NCBI GenBank assembly: GCA_964454305.1
Contig: CAYVXX010000001.1
Location: 65,464 to 129,463, forward strand
DNA from: an uncultured Syntrophales bacterium
GTDB taxonomy: Bacteria; Desulfobacterota; Syntrophia; Syntrophales; JADFWA01
DNA length: 64,000 bases
Reading direction: 5' to 3'
Shown here piece after piece: positions 33,203 to 42,691 of this stretch; position 1 is the stretch's first letter; every line of letters starts with the position of its first letter. The notes below the pieces were generated by a model. It saw nothing but the letters and a program-made list of their open reading frames with translations. It was not told the origin of the DNA and made no database searches. The translations under genes were made by a program, and so were the position numbers.

Positions 33203-35788
33203 CTAACCCTTTACAACAATATTAACGAGCTTTTTAGGAACGTATATCTCTTTCACCACCTCTTTGCCAGCGATAAGTTTACTTATCCTATCATCAGAGA
33301 GCGCTTTTTCTTTTATTTTTTCGTCAGATTCAGCCGCGCTTACCATAATCCTGCTCCTCAGCTTTCCATTTATTTGCACGACTACTGTAATCTCCTCTTC
33401 CACAACAACCGCGTCATCATAGTCCGGCCAGGTAACATCGGAAAGTTTTTCACTTTTTCCAAGCATCTTCCAGAGCTCCTCCGTAATATGGGGAACAATC
33501 GGGGCAAGCAGGATAATTATATTTTCAACGGTTTCTCTTATGACGGAGAGAGCTTTAGCATCCGACCTATCAGGATGTTTTACCTGATACAGCGTATTGA
33601 CAAGCTCCATTACAGCACTTATGGCAGTATTGAAGTGAAATCTTTCTTCTATATCATTGGTTACCCTCTTTATTGTCTGGTGAGTCTTTCTTCTCAGGTT
33701 TTTAAGATCCCCTTCAAGCTCTTCCCTTCCGTCAAATGGCTCAACCTCTTTGATGTCATCAAGATACTCCATAACAACACGCCATACCCTGCCGAGAAAC
33801 CGGAACGATCCCTCCACTCCCTGGTCGTTCCACTCCAGATCTTTCTCGGGGGGTGCGGCAAAGAGGCAGAACAGCCTTGCGGTATCGGCACCATACTCCT
33901 CAATAAGATAATCGGGATCGATCACGTTCTTGAGAGACTTGGACATTTTCTCCGTCTTACCTATCGTCACCTCACACCCGCAGTGTACACATTCACCATC
34001 CTTTGCCTCGTCAGGGTAAAGGTACCCGTGTTCTTTACATCTCATGGTTTCCTTACATACCATGCCCTGAGTAAGGAGATTCGTAAATGGCTCATCTACT
34101 CCTAATATACCGAAATCCCTGAGCATCTTCGTGTAAAATCTTGCGTAAAGAAGGTGCATTATGGCATGTTCAATCCCACCGATATACTGATCCACAGGCA
34201 TCCAGTAATCTACCTTTTTCCTGTCAAGACCCGGATTATCTGAATAGCCCGCACAGCAAAATCTGTTAAAATACCATGAAGATTCCACGAAAGTATCCAT
34301 CGTATCGGTCTCTCTTTTTGCAACCCCCTTGCACCTTGGACACTCTGTTTCTACAAAGAACGTGTGGTTTGCCAGCGGGGATCCACCTTCGCTCTTAAGT
34401 TCCACGTCCTCTGGAAGAACCACGGGAAGGTCAAATTCAGGCACCGGTACAGTACCGCATTTTTCGCAGTAAATAACAGGAATTGGAGCTCCCCAGTATC
34501 TCTGCCTCGATATACCCCAGTCCCTCAAACGATATTCTACCGTTCTTTTTCCCCGGTCAATGGATTCCAAATAATCTGCTATTGCATCGAGGGCTTTCAT
34601 GTTCTCCATACCATCGAACTGATCTGAATTAACAAGGACCCCTTCATCAACGTACGCCTCGGTCATTGTTTCCACATCAAGCGGATTGTCCGGATTTTGA
34701 ATGACCACGATCATCGGAAGGCTGTATTTCTGAGCAAATTCAAAGTCTCTCTGGTCATGAGTCGGAACCGCCATAACACAACCGGTGCCATAGTCGGCAA
34801 GGACAAAGTTTGCGGCATAAATAGGCATTTTATTGTTGGTTACAGGATTAAGGCAGTAAGCATCCAGAAATATCCCTTCTTTCTCGTAATACTCGGATGT
34901 CCTTGTCATCATGTCTTGTTTCTTTACCTTTTCAACGAATTCCCTGACATCCTTCTCCACCGGTTTTCCCTCTACCAGTTCCATTACAAGGGGATGCTCA
35001 GGGGCAATCAACATGAAAGTGGCTCCGAAAAGAGTGTCTTGCCTGGTGGTAAAAACCTTTATCTCGCTATCTCCTTTCGCCATCGGAAAGGTTATTTCAA
35101 GCCCTTCGCTTTTACCTATCCAGTTTTTCTGCATGGTTAGAACTCTCTCGGGCCAGCCGGTAAGTTTGTCACAGTAATCGAGAAGTTCTTCTACATAAGA
35201 CGTTATACGGAAAAACCACTGTTCAAGATATTTTTCTTCAACCTCGGTACTGCATCTCCAGCAGAGCCCCGCTTCTACCTGCTCATTTGCCAGAACAGTC
35301 TTGCAACCACTACACCAGTTAATTGCTGATTCTTTTTTATAGACCAGGCCTTTCTCAAACATCCAGAGGAAGAATAGTTGCTCCCATCTGTAATACTCCG
35401 GATCGCAGGTTGACAGTTCCCTGTCCCAATCGTAGCTGAAACCCATCCTCTTGAGCTGCTTTTTCATGTTCGCGATGTTTTCGTTCGTCCACTCTAAAGG
35501 ATGAATCCCGCGTTCAATAGCGGCATTTTCCGCCGGCATACCAAAAGAATCCCAACCCATCGGATGCAGCACATTGTATCCCCTCATCATTTTATACCGT
35601 GCCACCACATCACCTATAGTATAGTTTCTCACGTGTCCCATGTGAATCCTGCCGGAGGGATATGGAAACATTTCCAGAAGGTAGTACTTCCTCTTATCGG
35701 GATCCTCTGTAACCTTAAAGGTTTTTTCTTCCTCCCACCGTTTTTGCCACTTTTCCTCAATCTCATGTGGTCTGTACTTCCTGTTCAT
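33203..35788 (-). CDS. leuS: Leucyl-tRNA synthetase
   Basis: [14 protein letters not shown] (HIGH region), KMSKSLKN (KMSKS region), 861 aa. Confidence 0.95.
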   Translation of the reverse strand: MNRKYRPHEIEEKWQKRWEEEKTFKVTEDPDKRKYYLLEMFPYPSGRIHMGHVRNYTIGDVVARYKMMRGYNVLHPMGWDSFGMPAENAAIERGIHPLEWTNENIANMKKQLKRMGFSYDWDRELSTCDPEYYRWEQLFFLWMFEKGLVYKKESAINWCSGCKTVLANEQVEAGLCWRCSTEVEEKYLEQWFFRITSYVEELLDYCDKLTGWPERVLTMQKNWIGKSEGLEITFPMAKGDSEIKVFTTRQDTLFGATFMLIAPEHPLVMELVEGKPVEKDVREFVEKVKKQDMMTRTSEYYEKEGIFLDAYCLNPVTNNKMPIYAANFVLADYGTGCVMAVPTHDQRDFEFAQKYSLPMIVVIQNPDNPLDVETMTEAYVDEGVLVNSDQFDGMENMKALDAIADYLESIDRGKRTVEYRLRDWGISRQRYWGAPIPVIYCEKCGTVPVPEFDLPVVLPEDVELKSEGGSPLANHTFFVETECPRCKGVAKRETDTMDTFVESSWYFNRFCCAGYSDNPGLDRKKVDYWMPVDQYIGGIEHAIMHLLYARFYTKMLRDFGILGVDEPFTNLLTQGMVCKETMRCKEHGYLYPDEAKDGECVHCGCEVTIGKTEKMSKSLKNVIDPDYLIEEYGADTARLFCLFAAPPEKDLEWNDQGVEGSFRFLGRVWRVVMEYLDDIKEVEPFDGREELEGDLKNLRRKTHQTIKRVTNDIEERFHFNTAISAVMELVNTLYQVKHPDRSDAKALSVIRETVENIIILLAPIVPHITEELWKMLGKSEKLSDVTWPDYDDAVVVEEEITVVVQINGKLRSRIMVSAAESDEKIKEKALSDDRISKLIAGKEVVKEIYVPKKLVNIVVKG

Positions 35789-35909
35789 AAATATCTCCAG
35801 TATTCAGGGATCTGCCTTTGATAATTTGATAAATGGTCAACCGCCTTCTACCATAAATCTCCCAACAATTAAAGTGAGATTGTACTCTTTTATAGGATTT
35901 TTAATGAGA

Positions 35910-37100
35910 TTAAAGCGGGGGCAACCTGCCTTTAAAGGCAACTTTGAGAGACGAAGAAAAATCACATAGAAATTGTGAGAAAATATTAGCGAATCTCCGT
36001 AACAAGTTTAAAGAAGAAGGAGAAAAAGAAGGAAATATCTGGTTCATTATTTCATTCTTTGGAAAGATATTTTCTGTAATGAACTGAATTCTTTTCCCCC
36101 ATCCCCTTATCTGGAACAGCCATAAAATTTCCGTTGTTAATCCTAATGGAGCATTTGCTAATCGAAGCCTCAGGGTATATTTCTCAAAAGCTGAAAGATT
36201 ATTTTTTCCAAGAGCGTCCAGCACATAATCGGGAACATTCATTTCCAGAAGGTGTTTTGCAAGCAGTAAAAAATAGAGCAGATTTTTTTCAGCCCCAACC
36301 ATCCGGAAATGTCGTATCAGATCCAACCAATCAAATTTTTCGTTGTTTCTTTCAATAGATTCTTTAATATCAACAAACCAGATAAGTCGCCTTAATCCAT
36401 GCTTTAAAAGATGGGATGAGAGGGAAATAAGGTTATCGTACAATGAAAGCCGGAATAAAGAGGAATCATTATCCCTGATAGAAATCGCTCTTGTCCACAC
36501 ATCTTCATATTGAATATTCATTATTTCCCGGCGACTCCGTATTCGGTGCGTGGAGAGGAAATCAGTGTGCAGATCTATGGAAATGATGCCCCTTCTATAA
36601 GTATTCGGGTAAAGCTGATCCGGGTAAAAACCCATATCCTTCAGAATTTTCCTCACGTCATCCAGACTTTCCGGTTGAACCATAAGGTCAATATCCTCCA
36701 TGGGCCGAAGACCAATATCCGAATAAACCCGTTCCAGTAAGGCTGCACCCTTGAGGACAATTACCGGAAATTCATATTTTTTCAGGTGTTCCCCCAGCTC
36801 TTCAAGGACTTTTATCATGTGCCTATTTATGAGCAACGTTTCAGCATATATACGGGCTAACAACTTCCGGGAGGATTCGGGCAGGTTCGTTAAAATGCTG
36901 AGATTGCGGCAATGAAAATAAAGAAATGAAGTGAGTCCTTCCTCGAGGGCTTTATCTATAACGACAGGCCAGTCTATACTCTTTCTTATGTTTTCTTTGA
37001 GCCATGTAGCATCATCCCCGCTCAGTGTCTGCCGGGCTATGATTTTTAAGAGTTTATTTTCGATTTCTGACCCCATAGTGACACACGGCATAGCAGACAC
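35910..37100 (-). CDS. NTP_transf_5-type uncharacterised nucleotidyltransferase (last gene of the RiPP-like operon)
   Basis: The pattern LKGAALLERVYSDIGLRPMEDIDLMV...SIDLHTDF is typical of the nucleotidyltransferase family found next to HPr-kinase-like and PqqD genes (recalled). Confidence 0.65.
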   Translation of the reverse strand: MSAMPCVTMGSEIENKLLKIIARQTLSGDDATWLKENIRKSIDWPVVIDKALEEGLTSFLYFHCRNLSILTNLPESSRKLLARIYAETLLINRHMIKVLEELGEHLKKYEFPVIVLKGAALLERVYSDIGLRPMEDIDLMVQPESLDDVRKILKDMGFYPDQLYPNTYRRGIISIDLHTDFLSTHRIRSRREIMNIQYEDVWTRAISIRDNDSSLFRLSLYDNLISLSSHLLKHGLRRLIWFVDIKESIERNNEKFDWLDLIRHFRMVGAEKNLLYFLLLAKHLLEMNVPDYVLDALGKNNLSAFEKYTLRLRLANAPLGLTTEILWLFQIRGWGKRIQFITENIFPKNEIMNQIFPSFSPSSLNLLRRFANIFSQFLCDFSSSLKVAFKGRLPPL

Positions 37101-37106
37101 CGGTAT

Positions 37107-38465
37107 TTATGCCTTTGAAATTATCAGCACCCGGAAACTCTGTGGATTTACCGTTGCAGATGCCTTCGAAATATCAGCAAAACGAAGGCCGTGAATCCGA
37201 GCTAAAAACTCTTTTCCTACAGCTTTCCCCAGGCTCTCCTCCGTATAGGCAAGCTGGGATATACTCCTGTTGAAAAAAGGCAACAAATGCTCCTTCAGAG
37301 CAATGAAGGAAAGATAATCAAGGACCTTTTCATCCTCGTTAAATCCGAGAAAGTCCAGCATATTCGAAAATTCGGCATTAAAGCCCAGCGTTTTCGCAAC
37401 TTCAATCAGATGACCGAAGTGAATGGAAAATTCCGTATGGGCCCTGAGTTCAGAAGCATTTGGGTAAAGGTGAAGATCCCCATATTCGACAACAATGGCA
37501 TTTCCGTCAGAAGATAAGATTTCTTTTAATTTAGTAATGAAATTAAAAGCCCCTATGTTGACCAGAAAGTCTTCAAAGGCGTCTTCAAAATTCAAGTTGC
37601 ATCTCTTACAAAATGCCACCGTCTCCGCCAGAGATTCCGGCGGCTTTTCATCTGAAAAAAAATAGTTTTTTTTCAACTTTGCCACTCCGAGATCTGCTAT
37701 CATTTCATTGGAAATAACAAAATCAAAAACGGAATGACCAAATTTGTAATTTTCTATATTGCCCTCAATGAAAGAGGTTATTTTTTCATGGGATATATTT
37801 GTCTCTTTCTGAGACGAGAGTAAAACCGGGGAAAGATCAAAAAAAGTATAATGGATCGTGTCATAAATGTCCGGGCGTTTTTCCCTTAAATACGAGAGAA
37901 AAGCATTCCCGAAAAAACCTGTCCCTCCACCTACCTCCAGAATATTAGCACGGGCATTTATCAAGCCTTTTCTGCAGCATACCTCCGCAAATTTTGCACC
38001 ATAGCTTATTCCTCCCAGGGCAGGATGGGGAAAGCGATAAACATGGGAGAGGGTAATTTCCTCATCCTCAAATTGCTTCCCGGGATCTGTAATCCCTTCA
38101 CGGTGGTAATCGATAAGACTATGCTGATGCCGGGTCAGGCAAGCAGCTGATGAAAATTCCCGGAAAAGGGACAAAAACGGCTTTTTTGATTTACCCTCTT
38201 CTTTGCCATGTGAACTCTCCTTGATGATAATACCTTCATCCATCCACTTCAAAATCTTTTTAATCTTCTCATCATCCAGGACATTTGCATGTTTATTTTG
38301 ATAGATAAGAGAGAGAAGCTTAACGTCCTCAAGATTTGATAAAAGAAGTTTGCAAGCTCTTTCACTGCTTAGATTAAGGATCAGCAGTGGATCCCCTGTG
38401 AAGAAAAGTGTCCCATAATTTACTTTGATTTCTGATAAGTCACACGTTTTATCCATCCGAATCAC
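37107..38465 (-). CDS. Class I SAM-dependent methyltransferase-like protein (MidA/DUF185-like) with an N-terminal extension
   Basis: Motif I is ILEVGGGTGFFGNAF, followed by TFFDLSPVLL. 452 aa. It overlaps the upstream PqqD-like gene by 17 nt. Confidence 0.55.
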   Translation of the reverse strand: MIRMDKTCDLSEIKVNYGTLFFTGDPLLILNLSSERACKLLLSNLEDVKLLSLIYQNKHANVLDDEKIKKILKWMDEGIIIKESSHGKEEGKSKKPFLSLFREFSSAACLTRHQHSLIDYHREGITDPGKQFEDEEITLSHVYRFPHPALGGISYGAKFAEVCCRKGLINARANILEVGGGTGFFGNAFLSYLREKRPDIYDTIHYTFFDLSPVLLSSQKETNISHEKITSFIEGNIENYKFGHSVFDFVISNEMIADLGVAKLKKNYFFSDEKPPESLAETVAFCKRCNLNFEDAFEDFLVNIGAFNFITKLKEILSSDGNAIVVEYGDLHLYPNASELRAHTEFSIHFGHLIEVAKTLGFNAEFSNMLDFLGFNEDEKVLDYLSFIALKEHLLPFFNRSISQLAYTEESLGKAVGKEFLARIHGLRFADISKASATVNPQSFRVLIISKA

Positions 38466-38760
38466 TTGCCTTCACAACGACACCCTTGTCCTCCATATCT
38501 GACAGGAGATCACGTATATCACTTAACAGCCGTTCCCGATCTGTGTCATATATTGCCAGCAACTCCTCACCTATGTCATTTAATGTTTTCTTCCCGTCAA
38601 GTCTCTTCCAGACCTCCCGTCCCACCTCATTTAAAGTGTAATAAATGATCTTATTCTCAATATTTTTCATATTTGATGGAATTATAAGAAAGGTATCGTC
38701 CAGCTCTCTGAAGGCAAATTTGGGTGATCTTTTATACATTACAGATAATGAACGTTCCAT
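38449..38760 (-). CDS. PqqD-family peptide-binding protein (second RRE)
   Basis: FRELDDTFLIIP...YYTLNEVGREVWKRLDGKKTLNDIGEELLAIYDTDRERLLSDIRDLLSDMEDKGVV is the canonical PqqD pattern. Confidence 0.8.
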   Translation of the reverse strand: MERSLSVMYKRSPKFAFRELDDTFLIIPSNMKNIENKIIYYTLNEVGREVWKRLDGKKTLNDIGEELLAIYDTDRERLLSDIRDLLSDMEDKGVVVKASDSDG

Positions 38761-38833
38761 GACTAATCATTGCTGGCGGTTTCGTAAAAACAAGGTACGG
38801 GCGGGGATAACAAATGTGGGTAATTTTGATTTT

Positions 38834-39325
38834 TTACGATGCCGTAAAGCTTCTTGTATCCCGTATTTCTATCATACTTTGATGCCCGATAATAGTCACC
38901 TTTCCTGATCTGATTCCGGCAAATTCCTGTATTTTCCGGGGAATTAAGACGTGTCCATTATCCATTATTTCAACATTTTCCTCGTGTAAGAACGGCGTTT
39001 TTTTCTTGAAAAGCCTGGAGTTCTTTATCTTTTTAAACACCTTCATTTGAGGAGTGTCCCCAGGGATAAGGAGCACAAAACCATTGTTCTCCGGCGCCAC
39101 AACATGAAATTCATATTTTCTTAACGAAAATATGAATTCTTCGGGCATCAAAATCATGTCATCCATTATTTCTCCGGAATAAGAACCGGAAAAGTTGTAA
39201 TGCTGTATATCCGGGTAACTCGATGCCAGTGCATCTTTCCCTTTAAAACGAAAAAGTCTCTCAGGAAACCCGTAAATCACGGGTATGGCAAAAAGACCTA
39301 TCCTTATAAAATCCCTTCTCTTCAT
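38834..39325 (-). CDS. Hypothetical protein with Tat-like N-terminus and C-terminal AbrB/MraZ-like swapped-hairpin motif
   Basis: MKRRDFIRIGLFAIPV at the N-terminus. The C-terminus GHVLIPRKIQEFAGIRSGKVTIIGHQSMIEI resembles SpoVT/AbrB/MraZ. Weak assignment. Confidence 0.4.
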   Translation of the reverse strand: MKRRDFIRIGLFAIPVIYGFPERLFRFKGKDALASSYPDIQHYNFSGSYSGEIMDDMILMPEEFIFSLRKYEFHVVAPENNGFVLLIPGDTPQMKVFKKIKNSRLFKKKTPFLHEENVEIMDNGHVLIPRKIQEFAGIRSGKVTIIGHQSMIEIRDTRSFTAS

Positions 39326-39759
39326 AATAAATTCCCTCCTTCATTTTGGGAATTATGTAGATTCGCGAGTAGACATCTCCGACTGTCGTGATTCGTGATA
39401 TTTCCCCTTAAAAAGCGTTTTAAATATTCCTTAAACCTGGAGACAGTCCAGAAATACCACTCCCTTGACACACTAAAACGTATAAATTTTCCATTTCTTA
39501 TAATTCCTATTGCCTTTCCCTCAACGGAATTCATTTCCACTGACTCCGTTTTAAGGTTGTAACCGTCTCCCCTCAGGCACACAAAGTTGTCACCTATCTT
39601 CTTAACCAGTCTGTGGATGATATATCCCCCTTCTTTATCTTCGAATACGAGAAGATTGCCCTTCCTAAAACTTTCGAAAGGAAGTTCCCTTGCTACCACA
39701 AGATCATCCTCCCTTAAAAAGGGATACATGGAGTTTCCTTTAACCCTGTACAATCTCAT
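39322..39759 (-). CDS. S26-family signal-peptidase-like protease, Ser/His (SipW/Sec11) type
   Basis: GNSMYPFL supplies the nucleophile Ser box, IIHRLVKK has His where bacterial SPase I has Lys, and a RGDGYN box is present. Confidence 0.65.
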   Translation of the reverse strand: MRLYRVKGNSMYPFLREDDLVVARELPFESFRKGNLLVFEDKEGGYIIHRLVKKIGDNFVCLRGDGYNLKTESVEMNSVEGKAIGIIRNGKFIRFSVSREWYFWTVSRFKEYLKRFLRGNITNHDSRRCLLANLHNSQNEGGNLL

Positions 39760-40432
39760 TTAGCATCTCCCTGAAAAGAGAACTATCCCCACGAAGATCC
39801 TGCCCCCAGCATACCTCAAAGGCCGGATAATCGCACAGCTTTTCCAACAATCTTTTCTGTCTTTCCTGTTCCTTCCTGTTATATGACCATAAAAGCTGGG
39901 GCGTCAACCTCCTTAATAAATCTATCTTTTTTTTCGTTTTTTTAACAAAAGTTGGGCCGCTGATGGCGCTCGGAAAAAGGAAGTATTTCAGGATGGCCGG
40001 TTTAAACTGTTCAGGTTCGGGAACAATCGCCTCATCATTTAAAAAAATAGTGGAGTAAAAAGGGAGTATCTCAATGCCATTGGCGGATTCCTTCAACAGT
40101 GTAATATCATCACTCAAGAGGGAAAATCCATTCTTCATGGCAAGATAACTCATGGTCGATTTGCCGCAATCAGAGGGTCCTACGACAAGATGCCCTCCTT
40201 TAAAGTGAAATCCACCGGAATGTATTGCCCATATGCCTATTTCGGCAAGATACCGGTAAAAAAGCCCCCCTATTTCCTGGGCTACCTCTTCCTTTATGAA
40301 GTCAAGGTTTACCTCAACCTTTTCAACATGCTCTATTAAGAAGAATTTGAGCAGGCCGGCGACCTCTTCTTCATCGTTGCGGCTTATAAAGTTTACCCGC
40401 GCTCTTAATCCATAGATGTTAAAGTCAAGCAT
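39740..40432 (-). CDS. HPr-kinase/phosphorylase C-terminal-domain-like protein (RiPP kinase-like)
   Basis: The P-loop VVGPSDCGKSTMSYLAMKNGFSLLSDDITLL resembles the HprK core. Confidence 0.7.
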   Translation of the reverse strand: MLDFNIYGLRARVNFISRNDEEEVAGLLKFFLIEHVEKVEVNLDFIKEEVAQEIGGLFYRYLAEIGIWAIHSGGFHFKGGHLVVGPSDCGKSTMSYLAMKNGFSLLSDDITLLKESANGIEILPFYSTIFLNDEAIVPEPEQFKPAILKYFLFPSAISGPTFVKKTKKKIDLLRRLTPQLLWSYNRKEQERQKRLLEKLCDYPAFEVCWGQDLRGDSSLFREMLNEIVQG

Positions 40433-41442
40433 TGTGTCCAGGGTGAATCAGGATAGTCTTTTAGCCAGTCTAATTTGCCAAATTGATAAAAACACCAGTT
40501 GCATAAGGAAAGCGGCGCCTTCTTAATAGCATCTTTTCTTTCAAAGCGCCATTTAAGAACTTCCGGCAAATAATTGAGATGCCTTACAATGAGATCCTTC
40601 AGTGGAAATTCTTCAATGCCGCCCAGGCATTCCTTCCCTTTATAGCTCTCCTCTGTGGTTCCCACATTACTTAAGTTGTTGCAGAAGAGATAGTTCCCCA
40701 CCTCATCGACGCCGAATTTATAAAAGGCATTACAGGCAAAAAGGTCATTAGCTGTATTGAATGCCTCAAGTTTTAACCGGGGATATATCCGGCGCCAATC
40801 CGTAAGTTGCGTGAAAAGCCGGTATATCTCATCCGGATCCGGAATGAGTCCCTCCTCTATGAGCCTCTTTGTAGGCTGGATGAAGATAAATGACTGTGAA
40901 ACGGCCCCGAGGCCTGAAGTAAACAGGAGTATATCCCTCAATTCGTTCTTGTTTAAGTTTGTCACCGCTGTTTTTATATAAAAAGGTATTCCCAGCAGAC
41001 GACAGAGTCCTATAGCCTCTACCACCCTTCTGAAACCACCTTCCTTTCTGTTCCCGTCATGAACATCTTCTCTTGCGCTATCCAGGCTGAATCCTATCAG
41101 TTGAATCCGCTTCCTTATCAAAGGATTCCTAATTAAGGGGAATATTTTCTCTTTGAATAAATAACCGTTTGTAAGTATTTCAAAATCGATATTGTTTTCC
41201 GCCAGGCTTAAAAAGATACCCTCGAGCTGGGGGTGGAGTGATATTTCTCCCGACCCTGTAATACCCGCATATTTGAATCCCAGATATCGGAGCTCTCTCA
41301 TAAGATGAGAAAAAAGATCTTTGTCCATATACTCAGGCTTTGCGGACTTCTCCACAAGGCAGTGCCGGCATGAAAAATTGCAAAAATTGACAATATCAAT
41401 TGTAGGGGCTCTCATATTCTTTAATCCAGTCCATTTTATCAA
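40405..41442 (-). CDS. Radical SAM enzyme with C-terminal SPASM/twitch-like Cys motifs (paralog 2)
   Basis: CNFSCRHC, then ACNAFYKFGVDEVGNYLFCNNL and CNWCF. It is a paralog of the upstream gene. The usual GGEP is replaced by GSGEISLHP. Confidence 0.8.
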   Translation of the reverse strand: MIKWTGLKNMRAPTIDIVNFCNFSCRHCLVEKSAKPEYMDKDLFSHLMRELRYLGFKYAGITGSGEISLHPQLEGIFLSLAENNIDFEILTNGYLFKEKIFPLIRNPLIRKRIQLIGFSLDSAREDVHDGNRKEGGFRRVVEAIGLCRLLGIPFYIKTAVTNLNKNELRDILLFTSGLGAVSQSFIFIQPTKRLIEEGLIPDPDEIYRLFTQLTDWRRIYPRLKLEAFNTANDLFACNAFYKFGVDEVGNYLFCNNLSNVGTTEESYKGKECLGGIEEFPLKDLIVRHLNYLPEVLKWRFERKDAIKKAPLSLCNWCFYQFGKLDWLKDYPDSPWTQCLTLTSMD

Positions 41443-42379
41443 AAAGTTTAAAACATGCTACGCAGTTTCTTGTCTGATGCCCTTTGAGGTTTGAATCTAT
41501 TGTCTTTTCCATAAACCATGCAAAAGTCCGGTAATGTCTTATTATCCCCTCCTCAATGCCGATTTCTTTGATATTTCCAAGAAACTCCTTCCCGAATGTA
41601 TCCGTCCTGTCTCCTGCCGTCGGGTGAGAAAGGTTGCAGCAAAAAATAAAGTTTCCTTCATGGTCGATGGAAATTCCCTGGGCGGGGTTGCAGAAGGAAA
41701 CTTTGTAATCGGGATCAGCATACCCTTCGATATTGATTACCATGGAAAATGAAGGAATAATTCTACCCTTGATATACCTCGTGACATCCATGTATTCCTG
41801 AGGCGAGGGCATCAATTTTTCCGATATTAAACGCGGTGTCGGAGTTAGAAGGACAAACCCGAGGCTCCCGACACCCTTGGAGGCGCATAAACAGGCAACA
41901 TCGGTTATTTCTTTTACGTTCTCTCTATGAATAACACTTTTGACGGATACAGGAATGTACTCTCTTATACAGACATCGATGGCTTTAATTACTTTTTCAA
42001 AACTCCCCTCGTGCCTAAGCATGTCGTGGGAAGCGGACGTTGCGCCGTCAAGGCTGAAGCAGACGCCGGAAAAATACTCCCTCACTTCCGAATCAATAAG
42101 AGGAAGAATCCTTTCCTCAAAAAGAAACGCATTGCTTACCAGACTGAATCGCATCCCATATTCTTTTATGAGCCTGAAGATTTGCTTAAGATCCGGGTGA
42201 AGCGCCGGCTCGCCGCCTGTCAGACAGACTTCCCTTATGCCAACGGATGAAACCTCTCTCAGCATAAACTCCAGCAATTCAGTCTGTATATGCGCCTTGG
42301 GAAACAATTTATCCCTGAGGCAGTGGATACAATCAAAATTACAGTGATTAGTAATATCTATGGCAATATTGTTTATCAT
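41396..42379 (-). CDS. Radical SAM enzyme with C-terminal SPASM/twitch-like Cys motifs (paralog 1)
   Basis: CNFDCIHC, LTGGEPALHP, FCNPAQGISIDHEGNFIFCCNL and CVACF. Confidence 0.8.
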   Translation of the reverse strand: MINNIAIDITNHCNFDCIHCLRDKLFPKAHIQTELLEFMLREVSSVGIREVCLTGGEPALHPDLKQIFRLIKEYGMRFSLVSNAFLFEERILPLIDSEVREYFSGVCFSLDGATSASHDMLRHEGSFEKVIKAIDVCIREYIPVSVKSVIHRENVKEITDVACLCASKGVGSLGFVLLTPTPRLISEKLMPSPQEYMDVTRYIKGRIIPSFSMVINIEGYADPDYKVSFCNPAQGISIDHEGNFIFCCNLSHPTAGDRTDTFGKEFLGNIKEIGIEEGIIRHYRTFAWFMEKTIDSNLKGHQTRNCVACFKLFDKMDWIKEYESPYN

Positions 42380-42451
42380 TGAATGGTCTAATCAGATGGA
42401 TAGTAAGCCTTTTACAGCTGGATCAAGGCAAATTGCAACACCCGGCAGGCG

Positions 42452-42691
42452 TTAAGGACGCCTGCTGAATACACGGGAAAGGACGGTTTGTAGCGCAACA
42501 CTGGACCGAGTAATAATCTCCTGCGTCGCCTGTGAGGTCTGGCTGATGCTTTCAACAATAGTCTGTAACGCAACGCTGGTTTCCGTCGTAGCCTCTGCCA
42601 ACTGATATTGTGTGGTTGTTACCCATGCTCTCACGGTAAGGATCTGGGACTCTTCCCTTATTTCAGGCTTTATATATTTCTTTTTCCCCAT
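42452..42691 (-). CDS. Candidate 79-aa precursor peptide (Cys-free, Thr/Ser/Gln-rich, internally repeated)
   Basis: MGKKKYIKPEIREESQILTVRAWVTTTQYQLAEATTETSVALQTIVESISQTSQATQEIITRSSVALQTVLSRVFSRRP. A YxxPxI motif lies near the N-terminus, and TETSVALQTIVES is repeated as TRSSVALQTVLSR. The ORF sits between the RRE gene and the radical-SAM genes, with a hairpin at its stop codon (42446-42464). Confidence 0.55.
   Translation of the reverse strand: MGKKKYIKPEIREESQILTVRAWVTTTQYQLAEATTETSVALQTIVESISQTSQATQEIITRSSVALQTVLSRVFSRRP

Noticed and set aside
33374-34105. 243-aa plus-strand ORF
   Set aside because: It lies entirely antisense within leuS, which has unmistakable HIGH/KMSKS motifs. It is a shadow ORF with no recognisable motifs.
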